DNA from: Alphaproteobacteria bacterium
GTDB taxonomy: Bacteria; Pseudomonadota; Alphaproteobacteria; CAAGCB01; CAG-977
Reading direction: 5' to 3'
Length of the DNA: 64,000 nt
Assembly: GCA_017616015.1 (NCBI GenBank)
Contig: JAFZYY010000019.1
Span: 486-64,485 of the forward strand
The position numbers and the translations under genes were made by a program. The notes below the pieces were generated by a model. That model did not search any database. It was not told the origin of the DNA and saw only the letters and a list, made by a program, of their open reading frames with translations. Below, piece after piece: positions 48,797 to 58,474 of the stretch (within the stretch, counting starts at the first letter, position 1; the number at the start of each line of letters is the position of its first letter).

Positions 48797-51316
48797 ATGA
48801 CTGCCGAAGAAATTTTACAGGCGTACGAAGCGGCCTATGAACAGCCCCGGCCGTTTGACGCAAAACACCCGCAGGACGGTACATTGTCCCGCCGGCAGGA
48901 CGGATTGCCGCCATTGCCGTTGAACGCCGAACAAACGGCGGCCTGCGTCGAATTATTGGAAAAAGGCGAACAAACGGATAAGGCTTTATCTCTGTTGCTG
49001 AACCGTGTTCCCGCCGGAACCGGAGACGCCGCAAAAATCAAAGCCGGTTTTTTAGGGCAGGTCGCTTCGGGAAAAACGACTGTCGGCGGATTGACCGACG
49101 AACAGGCGATTGAGCAGCTGGGATATATGAAAGGCGGGCAGAATATCCCCGTTTTGATTAACCTGTTGACAAAGCGGAAAACGGCGGCGAAAGCGGTCGA
49201 AGTTCTGTCTCGTTTGGTGCTGATTCATCAGGCGGTCACCGACGTCGCGCGGCTGTACAGGACAGGGAACAAAGCGGCGGCTAAACTGCTGGAGTCTTGG
49301 GCAAAGGCGGAATGGTTCTCCCGTCGTCCCGAATTTGAAGCGGAAACGAAACTTGCCGTCTTTAAAATTCCCGATGAAATCGAGGCGTCAACCGACTTCC
49401 TTTCCCATTCCAAAGGCGGACACACGCGCACGGACGTTCCTTTTCACGGCAGGCACTATTTCATGAATGAAGAACTGCTGAACGAATTGAACGCTCTGAA
49501 GGCTAAAAATCCGGAAATTCAGGTCGCTTTGGCGGCGGATAAAATCGGAACGAGTTCTTCCAGAAAATCCGGCATGAACAATGTCGAATGGAATATCGGC
49601 ATCGAAAACGAAGATACGCGCTTTCTTCCCGATAAAAAGACTCGCGCCGTGATTTTCGCCGGCCGCGTTTTAGGCCCTATCTTTGCCAAGACCGCCGAGG
49701 ATATGGGGTCGATCATCGTTCGCACGAACACCGACGTTTTGCAAACGGGAATGATTGTCCGCGCCGTGTGGCAAAAAGGGCTGATTCTGTCCGAAAGCGG
49801 TGAAAAAATCGCGGAGTTCGAACCGCTGTCGCAAAGCAGTCTGGATATGCTGCGCGCGGGCGGCGCGACGAATTTCCGCATGGGGCGGATACTGACGGCG
49901 GCCGCGCAAAAGATTTTGGGAAAAACTTTCTCTTTGCCGTATGCGGAAAAAAAGATTGAACAACAAAACCGCCCGATGACGGCGGCGCAAAAGATCATCG
50001 CGAAAGCCGCCGGCGTGAAAAGCGTTTGTTCCGGACAAATCGTTTACGCCAAAGTCGACACGGTCGCTTCTCAGGACACGACGGGCGGCATGACCGTCCA
50101 GGAATTGCAGGGGACTTTGGCGGCGATGACGCTGGCCGTGCCTTTGCTGCTTCAGTCTCAATGCCATAACGCGGCGATGGGATTCAGGACGGAAGCGGTT
50201 GTCGCGGCAAATAAAAAACTGGTCGATTATATGCGTTCAATCGGCGGCATTACGCTGAACATGGGGGACGGCATCATTCATTCGTGGTTAAACGAGTTGG
50301 TCGTTCCGAATACGATTGTTGTCGGCGGGGATTCGCACACTCGCACGCCGACCGCGCTGAGTTTCCCTTTAGGCTCCGGCGGTATTGCCGAAGCGGCGGC
50401 GACAGGCGTGACGGAAATCACCGTGCCGGACAGCGTTCTGGTGTGTCTGACGGGCGAATTTAAGCAAGGCGTCACCGCGCGCGATCTGGTCAACTATATC
50501 CCCTATAAAGCTCAAAAGCTTTTCGGAAAGAACGTCTTTGAAGGGACGATTATCGAGTTTCGCAGGACAGGCTCTCTTTTTGACATGATTGACGTGTTCA
50601 AGATGACGAACGCTTCGGCGGAGCGATCCGCGGCGGCGGCGTATTTCGAGCAGGACGCTCAAACGGTCGCGGACTATGTCAAAAATCATTCTCTGCCGAT
50701 TGTCAAACGGCTGATCGAAGCCGGATACGACAACAACGGCGCTTTGGAAAACAGAAGGAAAGCCCTTGAAGAGTACGTCGAAAATCCGCAGGCGGTGACG
50801 GCGGACGACAAGGCGGAATACGCGTATGTTCTGGATATTGATTTATCCGAAATCGATCAGCCGTATGTCGCTTGTCCGCATACGCCGGACAATGTGAAGC
50901 CTTTGGCGGAACTGGCGGGGACGAAAGCGGAGTTTTGTTTTATCGGGTCGTGCATGTCCGGCAAAAAGGACTTCGAGGCGTTTGAACGGCTGACGAGAGG
51001 GGCGGAAAAACTTGCCGTCGAAACATGGGCGGCGCCGCCGACGCGGCTGATCGAAGCGGAACTGAAAGATGTGCTGGGCGCTTTGAAAAAACGGGGCGTT
51101 CGTGTCGAAATTCCGGGCTGTTCTTTGTGCATGGGCAATCAGGAGCGCGTGCAGGGCAAACGTAATGTTCTGACGACGTCGACGCGGAATTTCAAAGCGC
51201 GTATGGGCGATGAGGCGTCCGTTTATCTGGTGTCGGCGGAACTGGAGGCCGTCGCGGCGAAAACGGGCGTTTTCCCCGATGTCGAAACTTATTTTAAGGC
51301 GGTAAACAATGGTTGA
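48797..51316 (+). CDS. acnB: aconitate hydratase B (bifunctional aconitase/2-methylisocitrate dehydratase)
   Basis: Collinear with E. coli AcnB: HEAT-like N-domain (AEQTAACVELLEKGE), swivel and catalytic domains (SQDTTGGMT; GGDSHTRTP; CSLCMGNQERV). 839 aa. Confidence 0.88.
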   Translation: MTAEEILQAYEAAYEQPRPFDAKHPQDGTLSRRQDGLPPLPLNAEQTAACVELLEKGEQTDKALSLLLNRVPAGTGDAAKIKAGFLGQVASGKTTVGGLTDEQAIEQLGYMKGGQNIPVLINLLTKRKTAAKAVEVLSRLVLIHQAVTDVARLYRTGNKAAAKLLESWAKAEWFSRRPEFEAETKLAVFKIPDEIEASTDFLSHSKGGHTRTDVPFHGRHYFMNEELLNELNALKAKNPEIQVALAADKIGTSSSRKSGMNNVEWNIGIENEDTRFLPDKKTRAVIFAGRVLGPIFAKTAEDMGSIIVRTNTDVLQTGMIVRAVWQKGLILSESGEKIAEFEPLSQSSLDMLRAGGATNFRMGRILTAAAQKILGKTFSLPYAEKKIEQQNRPMTAAQKIIAKAAGVKSVCSGQIVYAKVDTVASQDTTGGMTVQELQGTLAAMTLAVPLLLQSQCHNAAMGFRTEAVVAANKKLVDYMRSIGGITLNMGDGIIHSWLNELVVPNTIVVGGDSHTRTPTALSFPLGSGGIAEAAATGVTEITVPDSVLVCLTGEFKQGVTARDLVNYIPYKAQKLFGKNVFEGTIIEFRRTGSLFDMIDVFKMTNASAERSAAAAYFEQDAQTVADYVKNHSLPIVKRLIEAGYDNNGALENRRKALEEYVENPQAVTADDKAEYAYVLDIDLSEIDQPYVACPHTPDNVKPLAELAGTKAEFCFIGSCMSGKKDFEAFERLTRGAEKLAVETWAAPPTRLIEAELKDVLGALKKRGVRVEIPGCSLCMGNQERVQGKRNVLTTSTRNFKARMGDEASVYLVSAELEAVAAKTGVFPDVETYFKAVNNG

Positions 51317-53090
51317 GGCTTTTATAGATGTGGCTCTGCCCGAAGAATCGGCGGGCGCGGCATATGAAATCGTCAAGCGGGAACTGATAACGCCGTTTGA
51401 AAATTTTATCGGCAAAAAGCGTCTGCGCGAACACGACTGGAGCCTGAAAGGGCGGATTCAGACTAACGGGGAAATAATCCGCGAAACAATCGAAATGGCG
51501 GGCGGCAATCCGAAAGGCGTTCTTATCAAAGGGCCCGGCATTACGCCGACAAAAGAGCAAACGCAGGCTGTCCTGACCGAACTGGGCGATGAACGCAAAC
51601 CGGAAGAATTGAGCAAATTGGTGACGGGGACTCCGAACGGCTATCTGCGCGGCCATTGGTTGGTCAAAGGCAATCTGGAACGTTATGAAAATCCGGGATT
51701 ATCCGACTTGCTGAAAGTTTCTCTGCCGACGTATGACAAAGCCGGAAAACTTGATGTTTTATATCTTGGCGGCGGTCGGGCGAAGGACGCTTCCTTTTTT
51801 GTTTTGGAAAACGAAGCGGAAGTCCGCGTCGATTTTAACCGGGAAACGGTCAGAAAAGCCGAAAAGCTGTCGGCCGATTCCGCCGTTTATGTCAAAATCA
51901 CCCGTCGAAAAGACGTGGTTGATTTATGCAATCGCGCGATCGAAAAAGGCGACGAAATCGTCTTTATGTCGAAATATACAGTGCGGCCGAATTTGGACGG
52001 TGAAAAGAAAAGAATCTATAACGACTGCCGTGAAAAACACGGGTTGGATCGGCGCGAAGGTAATCAGGGAGATATTGTCGATGCGGCTTTCGCTCGTTTG
52101 CTGGCGAAACCGGAGCCGCGGAATTTAACAGTATTGGTGCCGGATCCGTCTTACGGTCCGAAAATCGCGACTGTTTTGAACGCCGTTTACGCCGCAGGTG
52201 TCCGAAAACCGGTCGGAGAATTTTCCGTTTGCCGTTTTTCCGCGGGAAAAAGCGAATACGGCGGCTTGAATCAGGTTGTTTCGGAAAATGGGGAATACCG
52301 GTTGCATATCGGCGCAAAGGAAATTCGCATTCCCGTCAAAGCCGGCGATATGTTCGAAGAAATGCACTATGATTACAAAGACGCCGAACGGTATGTGAAG
52401 CAGGTATTCCGCCAACTTTCTTTCAAAAATTACGATCGCGTCGTTTTTGCTTTTGATGAATCGGATTTGTATGACGCTCCCGTTGTCAAAGCCGTGCGAA
52501 AAGAGGCGTTCAGACTGAAAAAAGTCGAAGGACAGGACTTTGTCGTGATGAAGCCGGACGCGGCGGCGGTGATGATGTTTACCGCGCCGTTGCCCGGCAA
52601 GACATGCTACGCTTACGATAACCTGTGGGGCGATATTGTTTCGGACGCGATGGATTTAGGGGCAAGCATCGCTTCAATCAATTCGGTGATTTTACTTGCA
52701 GACGGGCGGATTTGGCCGGAAATGGGCGGCGCGGGGACAGCGCCGGATCTGATGAATTTGTTTAAAAAAGAAGGTTTCTGGCGCTACGATCCGATACCGA
52801 TTATTGAAGGATTGGCCATTGGATTTCAGCAGGCGGCATTGGCGGAACCGGATAATATGCCTCTGAACAGCTACGCTAATTCTTTGCACGAAGCGTATGT
52901 CCGCGTTTTAAAGCAGGGTATTGCAACTCCGGATCTTATCGGAAAATTAAACACGAAACAGCAAAAGGGCGTTGACACGGCTTCTTTTGTTTTAGCGGTG
53001 AGGGTGGAATTGTTAACACTTTTGGGTTTAAAAAAAGAAGCTGAAGCACAAGCTTTAAGATTAAAACAGGAAATGAAAGAAATCAGATGA
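51309..53090 (+). CDS. icd: isocitrate dehydrogenase homolog, monomeric type but unusually short (593 aa)
   Basis: C-terminal block YDNLWGDIVSDAMDLGASIASINSVILLADGRIWPEMGGAGTAPDL aligns with monomeric IDH (...GNVLRDYLTD...[23 protein letters not shown]). Further blocks (VKAGDMF; VVFAFD) also align. Overlaps acnB (8 nt) and gltA (ATGA). Confidence 0.55.
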   Translation: MVEAFIDVALPEESAGAAYEIVKRELITPFENFIGKKRLREHDWSLKGRIQTNGEIIRETIEMAGGNPKGVLIKGPGITPTKEQTQAVLTELGDERKPEELSKLVTGTPNGYLRGHWLVKGNLERYENPGLSDLLKVSLPTYDKAGKLDVLYLGGGRAKDASFFVLENEAEVRVDFNRETVRKAEKLSADSAVYVKITRRKDVVDLCNRAIEKGDEIVFMSKYTVRPNLDGEKKRIYNDCREKHGLDRREGNQGDIVDAAFARLLAKPEPRNLTVLVPDPSYGPKIATVLNAVYAAGVRKPVGEFSVCRFSAGKSEYGGLNQVVSENGEYRLHIGAKEIRIPVKAGDMFEEMHYDYKDAERYVKQVFRQLSFKNYDRVVFAFDESDLYDAPVVKAVRKEAFRLKKVEGQDFVVMKPDAAAVMMFTAPLPGKTCYAYDNLWGDIVSDAMDLGASIASINSVILLADGRIWPEMGGAGTAPDLMNLFKKEGFWRYDPIPIIEGLAIGFQQAALAEPDNMPLNSYANSLHEAYVRVLKQGIATPDLIGKLNTKQQKGVDTASFVLAVRVELLTLLGLKKEAEAQALRLKQEMKEIR

Positions 53091-54382
53091 CGGCAAAAAC
53101 GGTTACTTTGAAATATGATGGCAGGGAATACGAGTTTCCCGTGCTTTATTCGACAACCGGGGAAGGCTGTATCGATATTTCCAAACTGCGCGCCGAAACC
53201 GGATTGACAACGCTTGATCCCGGATTCGGCAATACGGCGTCTTGTGTCAGTAAGATTACTTACGTCAACGGGGAAAAAGGCATTTTGCGCTATCGCGGCA
53301 TTCCGATTGAAACGGTGGCTGAAAAAATGACGTTTGTCGAAACGGCGTGGCTGCTGATTTACGGGCGTTTGCCGACAATGGCTGAAATGAAAAAGTTCAG
53401 CTCTCGGCTGACGAATAACGAATTGTTGCACGAAGGTCTGCTGCATCATTTCGACGCTTTTCCGCCGAACGGGCAGCCGATGTCGATTTTATCCGCCGTC
53501 GTTAACTCTTTGATTTGCTATTCGCCGGAAATTATGGACACGACGGACGAGGAAGCCATGCGCAACGCCGTCGCCGCGATTATTTCCAAAGTACGTACGA
53601 TTGCCGCTTTTTCCTATCGTAAAGCGATGGGATTACCTTTTGTATATCCGGATCCGGCCAGAAGCTACTGCGACAATTTCCTGCACATGATGTTTTCCAT
53701 TCCCAACAAGTCGCATCAGCCGACGCAGGAAGCCGTCAAGGCGCTGAACCTGTTTTTGATGTTGCACGCGGATCATGAGCAGAACTGTTCAACCTCGACC
53801 GTGCGCATTGTCGGGTCGGCGGAAACAAATTTGTTTTCTTCGGTGGCTTCGGGAATTTGCGCTTTGTGGGGCAAGCTGCACGGTGGAGCAAACGTCGCCG
53901 TTTTTGAAATGTTGTCCCGATTGGCTAAAGGCGATGAAACGCTCGATAAGTTCATCGAACGCGTCAAACGTAAGGAAGTGCGCCTGATGGGATTCGGTCA
54001 CAGGGTTTACAAAACGTTTGACCCGCGCGCGAAGATTTTGAAAAAAGCGGTTTTTGATTTGTTGGAAGCGGAACGCGTTGCCGATCCGCTGATCGATATT
54101 GCTTTAAAATTGGAAGAAAAAGCGTTGAACGACAGCTATTTCAAAGAACGCAACCTGTATCCGAACGTTGATTTTTATTCGGGTATGATTTTGCGGGCTT
54201 TGCGGATTCCGCTGAATATGTATACGGTGATGTTCGCGATCGGCAGAATGCCGGGGTGGATAGCGCATTGGCGGGAAAACAACGAGGATCTGCGTCGTTT
54301 GGCTCGTCCGCGTCAACTGTATTCGGGGCCTGTGGAAACGCCGTTTGTTCCGTTGGATCTGCGTCCTGACGAAGAATTGTAA
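53087..54382 (+). CDS. gltA: citrate synthase
   Basis: GFGHRVYK catalytic His motif, plus HADHEQN and MFAIGRMPGWIAHW. 431 aa. Confidence 0.9.
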   Translation: MTAKTVTLKYDGREYEFPVLYSTTGEGCIDISKLRAETGLTTLDPGFGNTASCVSKITYVNGEKGILRYRGIPIETVAEKMTFVETAWLLIYGRLPTMAEMKKFSSRLTNNELLHEGLLHHFDAFPPNGQPMSILSAVVNSLICYSPEIMDTTDEEAMRNAVAAIISKVRTIAAFSYRKAMGLPFVYPDPARSYCDNFLHMMFSIPNKSHQPTQEAVKALNLFLMLHADHEQNCSTSTVRIVGSAETNLFSSVASGICALWGKLHGGANVAVFEMLSRLAKGDETLDKFIERVKRKEVRLMGFGHRVYKTFDPRAKILKKAVFDLLEAERVADPLIDIALKLEEKALNDSYFKERNLYPNVDFYSGMILRALRIPLNMYTVMFAIGRMPGWIAHWRENNEDLRRLARPRQLYSGPVETPFVPLDLRPDEEL

Positions 54383-54390
54383 GGAGAAGT

Positions 54391-55377
54391 TTGATGATTT
54401 ACGATAATTTGGACAGCAAGAAAAACGAATTGGATCAACAACCGCCGTTGCCGTTGGATCTGTTAAAGGATCTGAGAAAAAAAATGGAATTGGAAACGGC
54501 TTACGTCGGCGGTTATTTTGACGGTTCCAGAGTAACGTGCAAAGAAACGGCCAAGATTTTATATGAAGACAAAACAGTTGAAAAATATTCTTTAACGGAA
54601 CATATCCGGGTTTTAAACGCTGCCAAAGTGTTCGAAATGATTGCCGAGCTGGCATTGAAAGTCAATCATCAGATCGACGATTCGGACGTAAAAAATATCC
54701 ATCGTATTGTTGTGCGCAACCTGGACGACAACAACGGCGGCATGTATCGCGGTTTTACGCTGAATTTTCAGGTCGGCTCGCATGAACTGCCCGATTCAAT
54801 TCGTGTTCAGCGCATGATGAATGATTTCGGCATGTGGCTGTTTTCCGCCAGAACTTTACACCCTGCGGCAATTGCGGCGGAAGCGCATTTAAAACTGATG
54901 TCCATTCAGCCTTTCGGACAGGGAAACGCCTGCGTCGCCCGCTTTTTGATGAATTTGATTCTGATGCGCCACGGTTATCCGCCGGCTTTGTTTTCCAGAC
55001 GCGAAAAGGCGGAATACTGGGAAACGCTGGAAAAAGCGATTTTTGAAAACGATCGCGAAGGCTATGACAAACTGATTTGCCGCGCCGTCAATCGGGCGTT
55101 GGAGCTTCATTTGAACACGGCTCAAAAGAAAGAGGTCAATGAAGTGGAGCACGATCCGTATTTCCTCAGAATCGGGCAGTTGGCCAAAGAATGCGGCGAA
55201 CGCGTTTCGACTTTGCGTTATTGGACCAGCATGGGATTGTTGGAAACGGCGGGCAAAACGTCGGCGGACTACACGCTTTATTCCTCGGATATTCTGCCGC
55301 GCATCAGACGTTTGAAAGAATTAAAAGACCAGCGTTATACATTGGGGGAAATCCGCCGCAAATTGCGGGAAGAATAA
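54391..55377 (+). CDS. Fic/DOC-family protein with degenerate active-site motif and C-terminal MerR-type HTH
   Basis: The Fic core IQPFGQGNACVARFLMNLILMRHGYPP replaces the HPFx(D/E)GNGR consensus with Q..Q..A.C. The C-terminal LRIGQLAKECGERVSTLRYWTSMGLLE is a MerR-like HTH. Starts 9 nt after gltA with an SD aaggag. Confidence 0.65.
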   Translation: MMIYDNLDSKKNELDQQPPLPLDLLKDLRKKMELETAYVGGYFDGSRVTCKETAKILYEDKTVEKYSLTEHIRVLNAAKVFEMIAELALKVNHQIDDSDVKNIHRIVVRNLDDNNGGMYRGFTLNFQVGSHELPDSIRVQRMMNDFGMWLFSARTLHPAAIAAEAHLKLMSIQPFGQGNACVARFLMNLILMRHGYPPALFSRREKAEYWETLEKAIFENDREGYDKLICRAVNRALELHLNTAQKKEVNEVEHDPYFLRIGQLAKECGERVSTLRYWTSMGLLETAGKTSADYTLYSSDILPRIRRLKELKDQRYTLGEIRRKLREE

Positions 55378-55469
55378 GACTTTCGGGCTAAATCCAAAGT
55401 CGGCTGGAAAGGTCTTTTTCCGAAACTTATCATTTTATTCTGGTAAGGTTTTGAAAGAAGGAGACCGGT

Positions 55470-55826
55470 ATGGCTGTCGAAGAAAATCTGGTTGCCAAAA
55501 AAATGGCAAAAGCGTTGGCGTTTATGTGCCTGAACGAGCATTTCAAATTGCCGTTGCACAGCGGGCGCGATCCCGTTTCCCGCACGGGGGACTATACGGA
55601 CGTGGTCGTTACGGACGCTAAAGGCCGGAAAATGGCTTGGAATCAGGCTTGCCGAGTGTCTTATCGGGAGCGCGAAAAAATGATGGAAGACGTGGCGGAA
55701 GGCATTTACGACTTTCTTGTGAATATCGAAACGGAAACTTACGCCAAAAGATTGGAAGACGCTTACCGCGCGAGCGTCCATTGGAAAAGCGCCGACGCTT
55801 TCGGTCGCAGGAAAAAGCACGGGTGA
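55470..55826 (+). CDS. hypothetical protein
   Basis: 118-aa ORF with an SD (gaaggag). Confidence 0.4.
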   Translation: MAVEENLVAKKMAKALAFMCLNEHFKLPLHSGRDPVSRTGDYTDVVVTDAKGRKMAWNQACRVSYREREKMMEDVAEGIYDFLVNIETETYAKRLEDAYRASVHWKSADAFGRRKKHG

Positions 55827-55903
55827 TTTTTTTTGTTTCTTTCGGACGGGATTCAGGGTAAAACAGGAACATACTTTTGTTTAGTTACGGATTTGTTCCT
55901 GAA

Positions 55904-57067
55904 ATGAAAAATTCTGCCCGTTGCGGACTTCTTCCCGTCGGTATGACGGATACTCTGCCGCCCTTCGTCGATTATGAGGCCGGCGCCGTTTCCGTGTTGA
56001 TGTCCGTACTGCAAGGCGGCGGCTATCAGCGGGTGTCTCCGCCGTTGTTGGAATATGAAGAAACGCTGCTGTCCGAAAAGTACGGCGATCTGTCGAATCA
56101 GACTTTTCGCGTGACCGACGCCGTTTCCGGCCGGATTATGGGTATTCGGGCGGATATGACGCCGCAGATAGGCCGGATTGCCGTCACACGCCTGAAAGGG
56201 GAGCCTCGTCCCCTGCGTCTGGCGTATGCGGGCTCCGTGGTCAGAATGTTTCCGACACAGCTTAATCCCGCCCGTCAGATTTTGCAGGTCGGCGCGGAAC
56301 TGATCGGTGCCGACTGCGCGAAGGCCGACGCCGAAATCATTTTGTTGGCGGCTGAAGCTCTGGAAAAGCTGGGCGTGCCGCATTTCGTGTTTGATTTGAA
56401 TTTGCCGACGATGTTTCCGGCTTTGTGCCGGGCGTTCGGGATTGATCCCGAAGATCGGGAAAAAATGCTTCTTTCGCTGAATCAAAAGGATTTTTCCGCT
56501 GTTCTGGCCATATTGGAAAACACGAACAGAAAAACGCGCGAAAGCAAAGATCTTTTTGCTTCTTTGTTTCAGGCGTTCGGCGATTGCGACCGCGTTCTGG
56601 ATATTTTGCGTCCGTTATCTCTGCCTGCCGAAGCTGCCGCCGAATGCCGCCGGTTGACGGAAGTCGTTTCTTTGCTGAAAAAGGAAAAAAACACTCTGCC
56701 ATTGACGATAGATATTTTTGAAAACCGCGGGTTCGAATATCATTGCGGCATAGGCTTTTCCGTCTTTTCAAAACAGAGCGAACAGGAATTGGGGCGCGGC
56801 GGACGGTATTTCGCCGGCATTGAGGGCGAACCGTTTGAACCTGCCGTCGGCATCACGCTGTTTTTACAGGATATTTTACCCCTTTTGGAAAAGCGCGACG
56901 ACCGCAAACGGATTTATGTGCCGTTTGACGTTTCTTTCAAAGAAGCGGCGGAATTGCGCGCAAAAGGATTTGTCACCGTCTGCGGATTAAAAGAGGGCGG
57001 ACGGGAAGAGGCGCAGAGGCAAAACTGCGATTGTATTTACACGGGCGGACGGATAGAGCCGCTTTAG
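55904..57067 (+). CDS. hisZ: ATP phosphoribosyltransferase regulatory subunit (HisRS paralog)
   Basis: HisRS-like class II motifs without an anticodon-binding domain (GLLPVGMTDTLP; FRVTDAVSGRIMGIRADMTPQ; QVGAELIG). Lies upstream of purA, as in many proteobacteria. ATG at 55904 is preferred over the TTG at 55877. Confidence 0.7.
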   Translation: MKNSARCGLLPVGMTDTLPPFVDYEAGAVSVLMSVLQGGGYQRVSPPLLEYEETLLSEKYGDLSNQTFRVTDAVSGRIMGIRADMTPQIGRIAVTRLKGEPRPLRLAYAGSVVRMFPTQLNPARQILQVGAELIGADCAKADAEIILLAAEALEKLGVPHFVFDLNLPTMFPALCRAFGIDPEDREKMLLSLNQKDFSAVLAILENTNRKTRESKDLFASLFQAFGDCDRVLDILRPLSLPAEAAAECRRLTEVVSLLKKEKNTLPLTIDIFENRGFEYHCGIGFSVFSKQSEQELGRGGRYFAGIEGEPFEPAVGITLFLQDILPLLEKRDDRKRIYVPFDVSFKEAAELRAKGFVTVCGLKEGGREEAQRQNCDCIYTGGRIEPL

Positions 57068-57095
57068 CTTGGTTCATTTGTAAGGAGCAGAATTT

Positions 57096-58388
57096 ATGAC
57101 CAATATCGTAATCATCGGCGCTCAGTGGGGCGATGAGGGCAAAGGGAAAATCGTTGACCTGTTGAGCGAACGCGCCGATGTCGTCGTTCGTTTTCAGGGC
57201 GGCAACAACGCCGGGCACACGCTGGTCGTGGACGGAGTGACCTATAAACTTTCTTTGCTGCCGTCCGGCATCGTCCGCGGCAAGCTGTCGGTCGTCGGCA
57301 ACGGCGTCGTCGTCGATCCGTGGGCATTGCGCGACGAAATGAAGCGCATTACGGATCTGGGGACGAAGATTTCTCCCGACGTGTTGAAGATTTCCGATCA
57401 GGCGACGTTGATTCTGCCGTTGCACCGCGAGCTGGATCAGATGAGCGAAGCTGCTGCCGGCAAAGGCAAAATCGGCACGACCGGCCGCGGTATCGGTCCC
57501 GCTTATCAGGATAAAGTCGCCCGCCGCGCCATTCGTGTCGGCGATTTGGCGGAAAAAGAATCTTTGGAAGCTAAAGTTGATAATCTTTTGCTGTTCCATA
57601 ACGCTTTGCGCAAAGGCTGGGGACAGCCCGAAGTCGACAAAGCCGATCTGATGCAAACGCTGGACGAGATCGCCGAATTCATTTTGCCGTACGCCATTCC
57701 GGCATGGAAAATCCTGTCCGAACAGCTCAAAAACGGCAAATCGTTGTTGTTTGAGGGCGCTCAGGCGACGATGCTGGACAATGATTTCGGCACCTATCCG
57801 TTCGTGACCTCTTCGAACACGATCGCGGGGCAGGCGGCTGTCGGCTCCGGCGTCGGCATGAAAGACATCGACAAAGTCATCGGCGTGGTCAAAGCTTATA
57901 CAACGCGTGTCGGCTCCGGTCCTTTCCCGACGGAATTGTTTGACGCGGACGGCGATCGTATCCGCGAAGTCGGACGCGAATTCGGAACCGTGACGGGACG
58001 TCCTCGCCGTTGCGGGTGGTTTGACGCCGTTTTGGTGCGTCAGGCGATTTTGGTCAACGGCGTGCAGAATCTGGCCGTGATGAAGCTGGATATTCTGGAT
58101 CAGTTCGACGAGATCAAAGTGTGTGTCGGCTATGAGCACAAAGGCAAAAAGCTGGATTATTATCCGATGCAGATGAACGCGCAGGCGGAAGTCAGGCCGG
58201 TCTATGAAACGCTGCCCGGTTGGAAAAGTTCGACTTTCGGTATTCGGGAATATGACAAACTGCCCGAAAACGCCAAGAAATATCTGGCTCGTCTGGAAGA
58301 GTTGCTGGGCGTGAAAATCGGCATGATTTCCACCAGTCCGGAACGCGAAGACACGATTATTCGTATTGATCCGTACGAAAAGAAATAA
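57096..58388 (+). CDS. purA: adenylosuccinate synthetase
   Basis: P-loop [11 protein letters not shown], plus GTTGRGIGP and TSPER. 430 aa. Confidence 0.92.
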   Translation: MTNIVIIGAQWGDEGKGKIVDLLSERADVVVRFQGGNNAGHTLVVDGVTYKLSLLPSGIVRGKLSVVGNGVVVDPWALRDEMKRITDLGTKISPDVLKISDQATLILPLHRELDQMSEAAAGKGKIGTTGRGIGPAYQDKVARRAIRVGDLAEKESLEAKVDNLLLFHNALRKGWGQPEVDKADLMQTLDEIAEFILPYAIPAWKILSEQLKNGKSLLFEGAQATMLDNDFGTYPFVTSSNTIAGQAAVGSGVGMKDIDKVIGVVKAYTTRVGSGPFPTELFDADGDRIREVGREFGTVTGRPRRCGWFDAVLVRQAILVNGVQNLAVMKLDILDQFDEIKVCVGYEHKGKKLDYYPMQMNAQAEVRPVYETLPGWKSSTFGIREYDKLPENAKKYLARLEELLGVKIGMISTSPEREDTIIRIDPYEKK

Positions 58389-58399
58389 AAAAACTTTTT

Positions 58400-58460
58400 A
58401 TTTAATATAAATCATGTAAAATAAGGGGAAAAGCAGAAAGCTTCTTTCCCTTATTTTTTT
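58400..58460 (+). terminator. putative terminator after purA
   Basis: Imperfect hairpin gggaaaagcagaaagcttctttccc followed by ttatttttttacc. Confidence 0.4.
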
Positions 58461-58474
58461 ACCAGAAGGAAAAA

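Noticed and set aside
55378-55440. Possible terminator hairpin after the fic-like gene (agactttcgggc...ggaaaggtcttttt)
   Set aside because: The stem has mismatches and the T-run is short. Too weak to call.
50843-58139. Several long minus-strand ORFs (50843-51415, 52871-53449, 54104-54655, 55853-56485, 56973-58139)
   Set aside because: All lie antisense to strongly supported genes (acnB, icd, gltA, fic-like, hisZ, purA) and have Arg-rich, motif-free translations.
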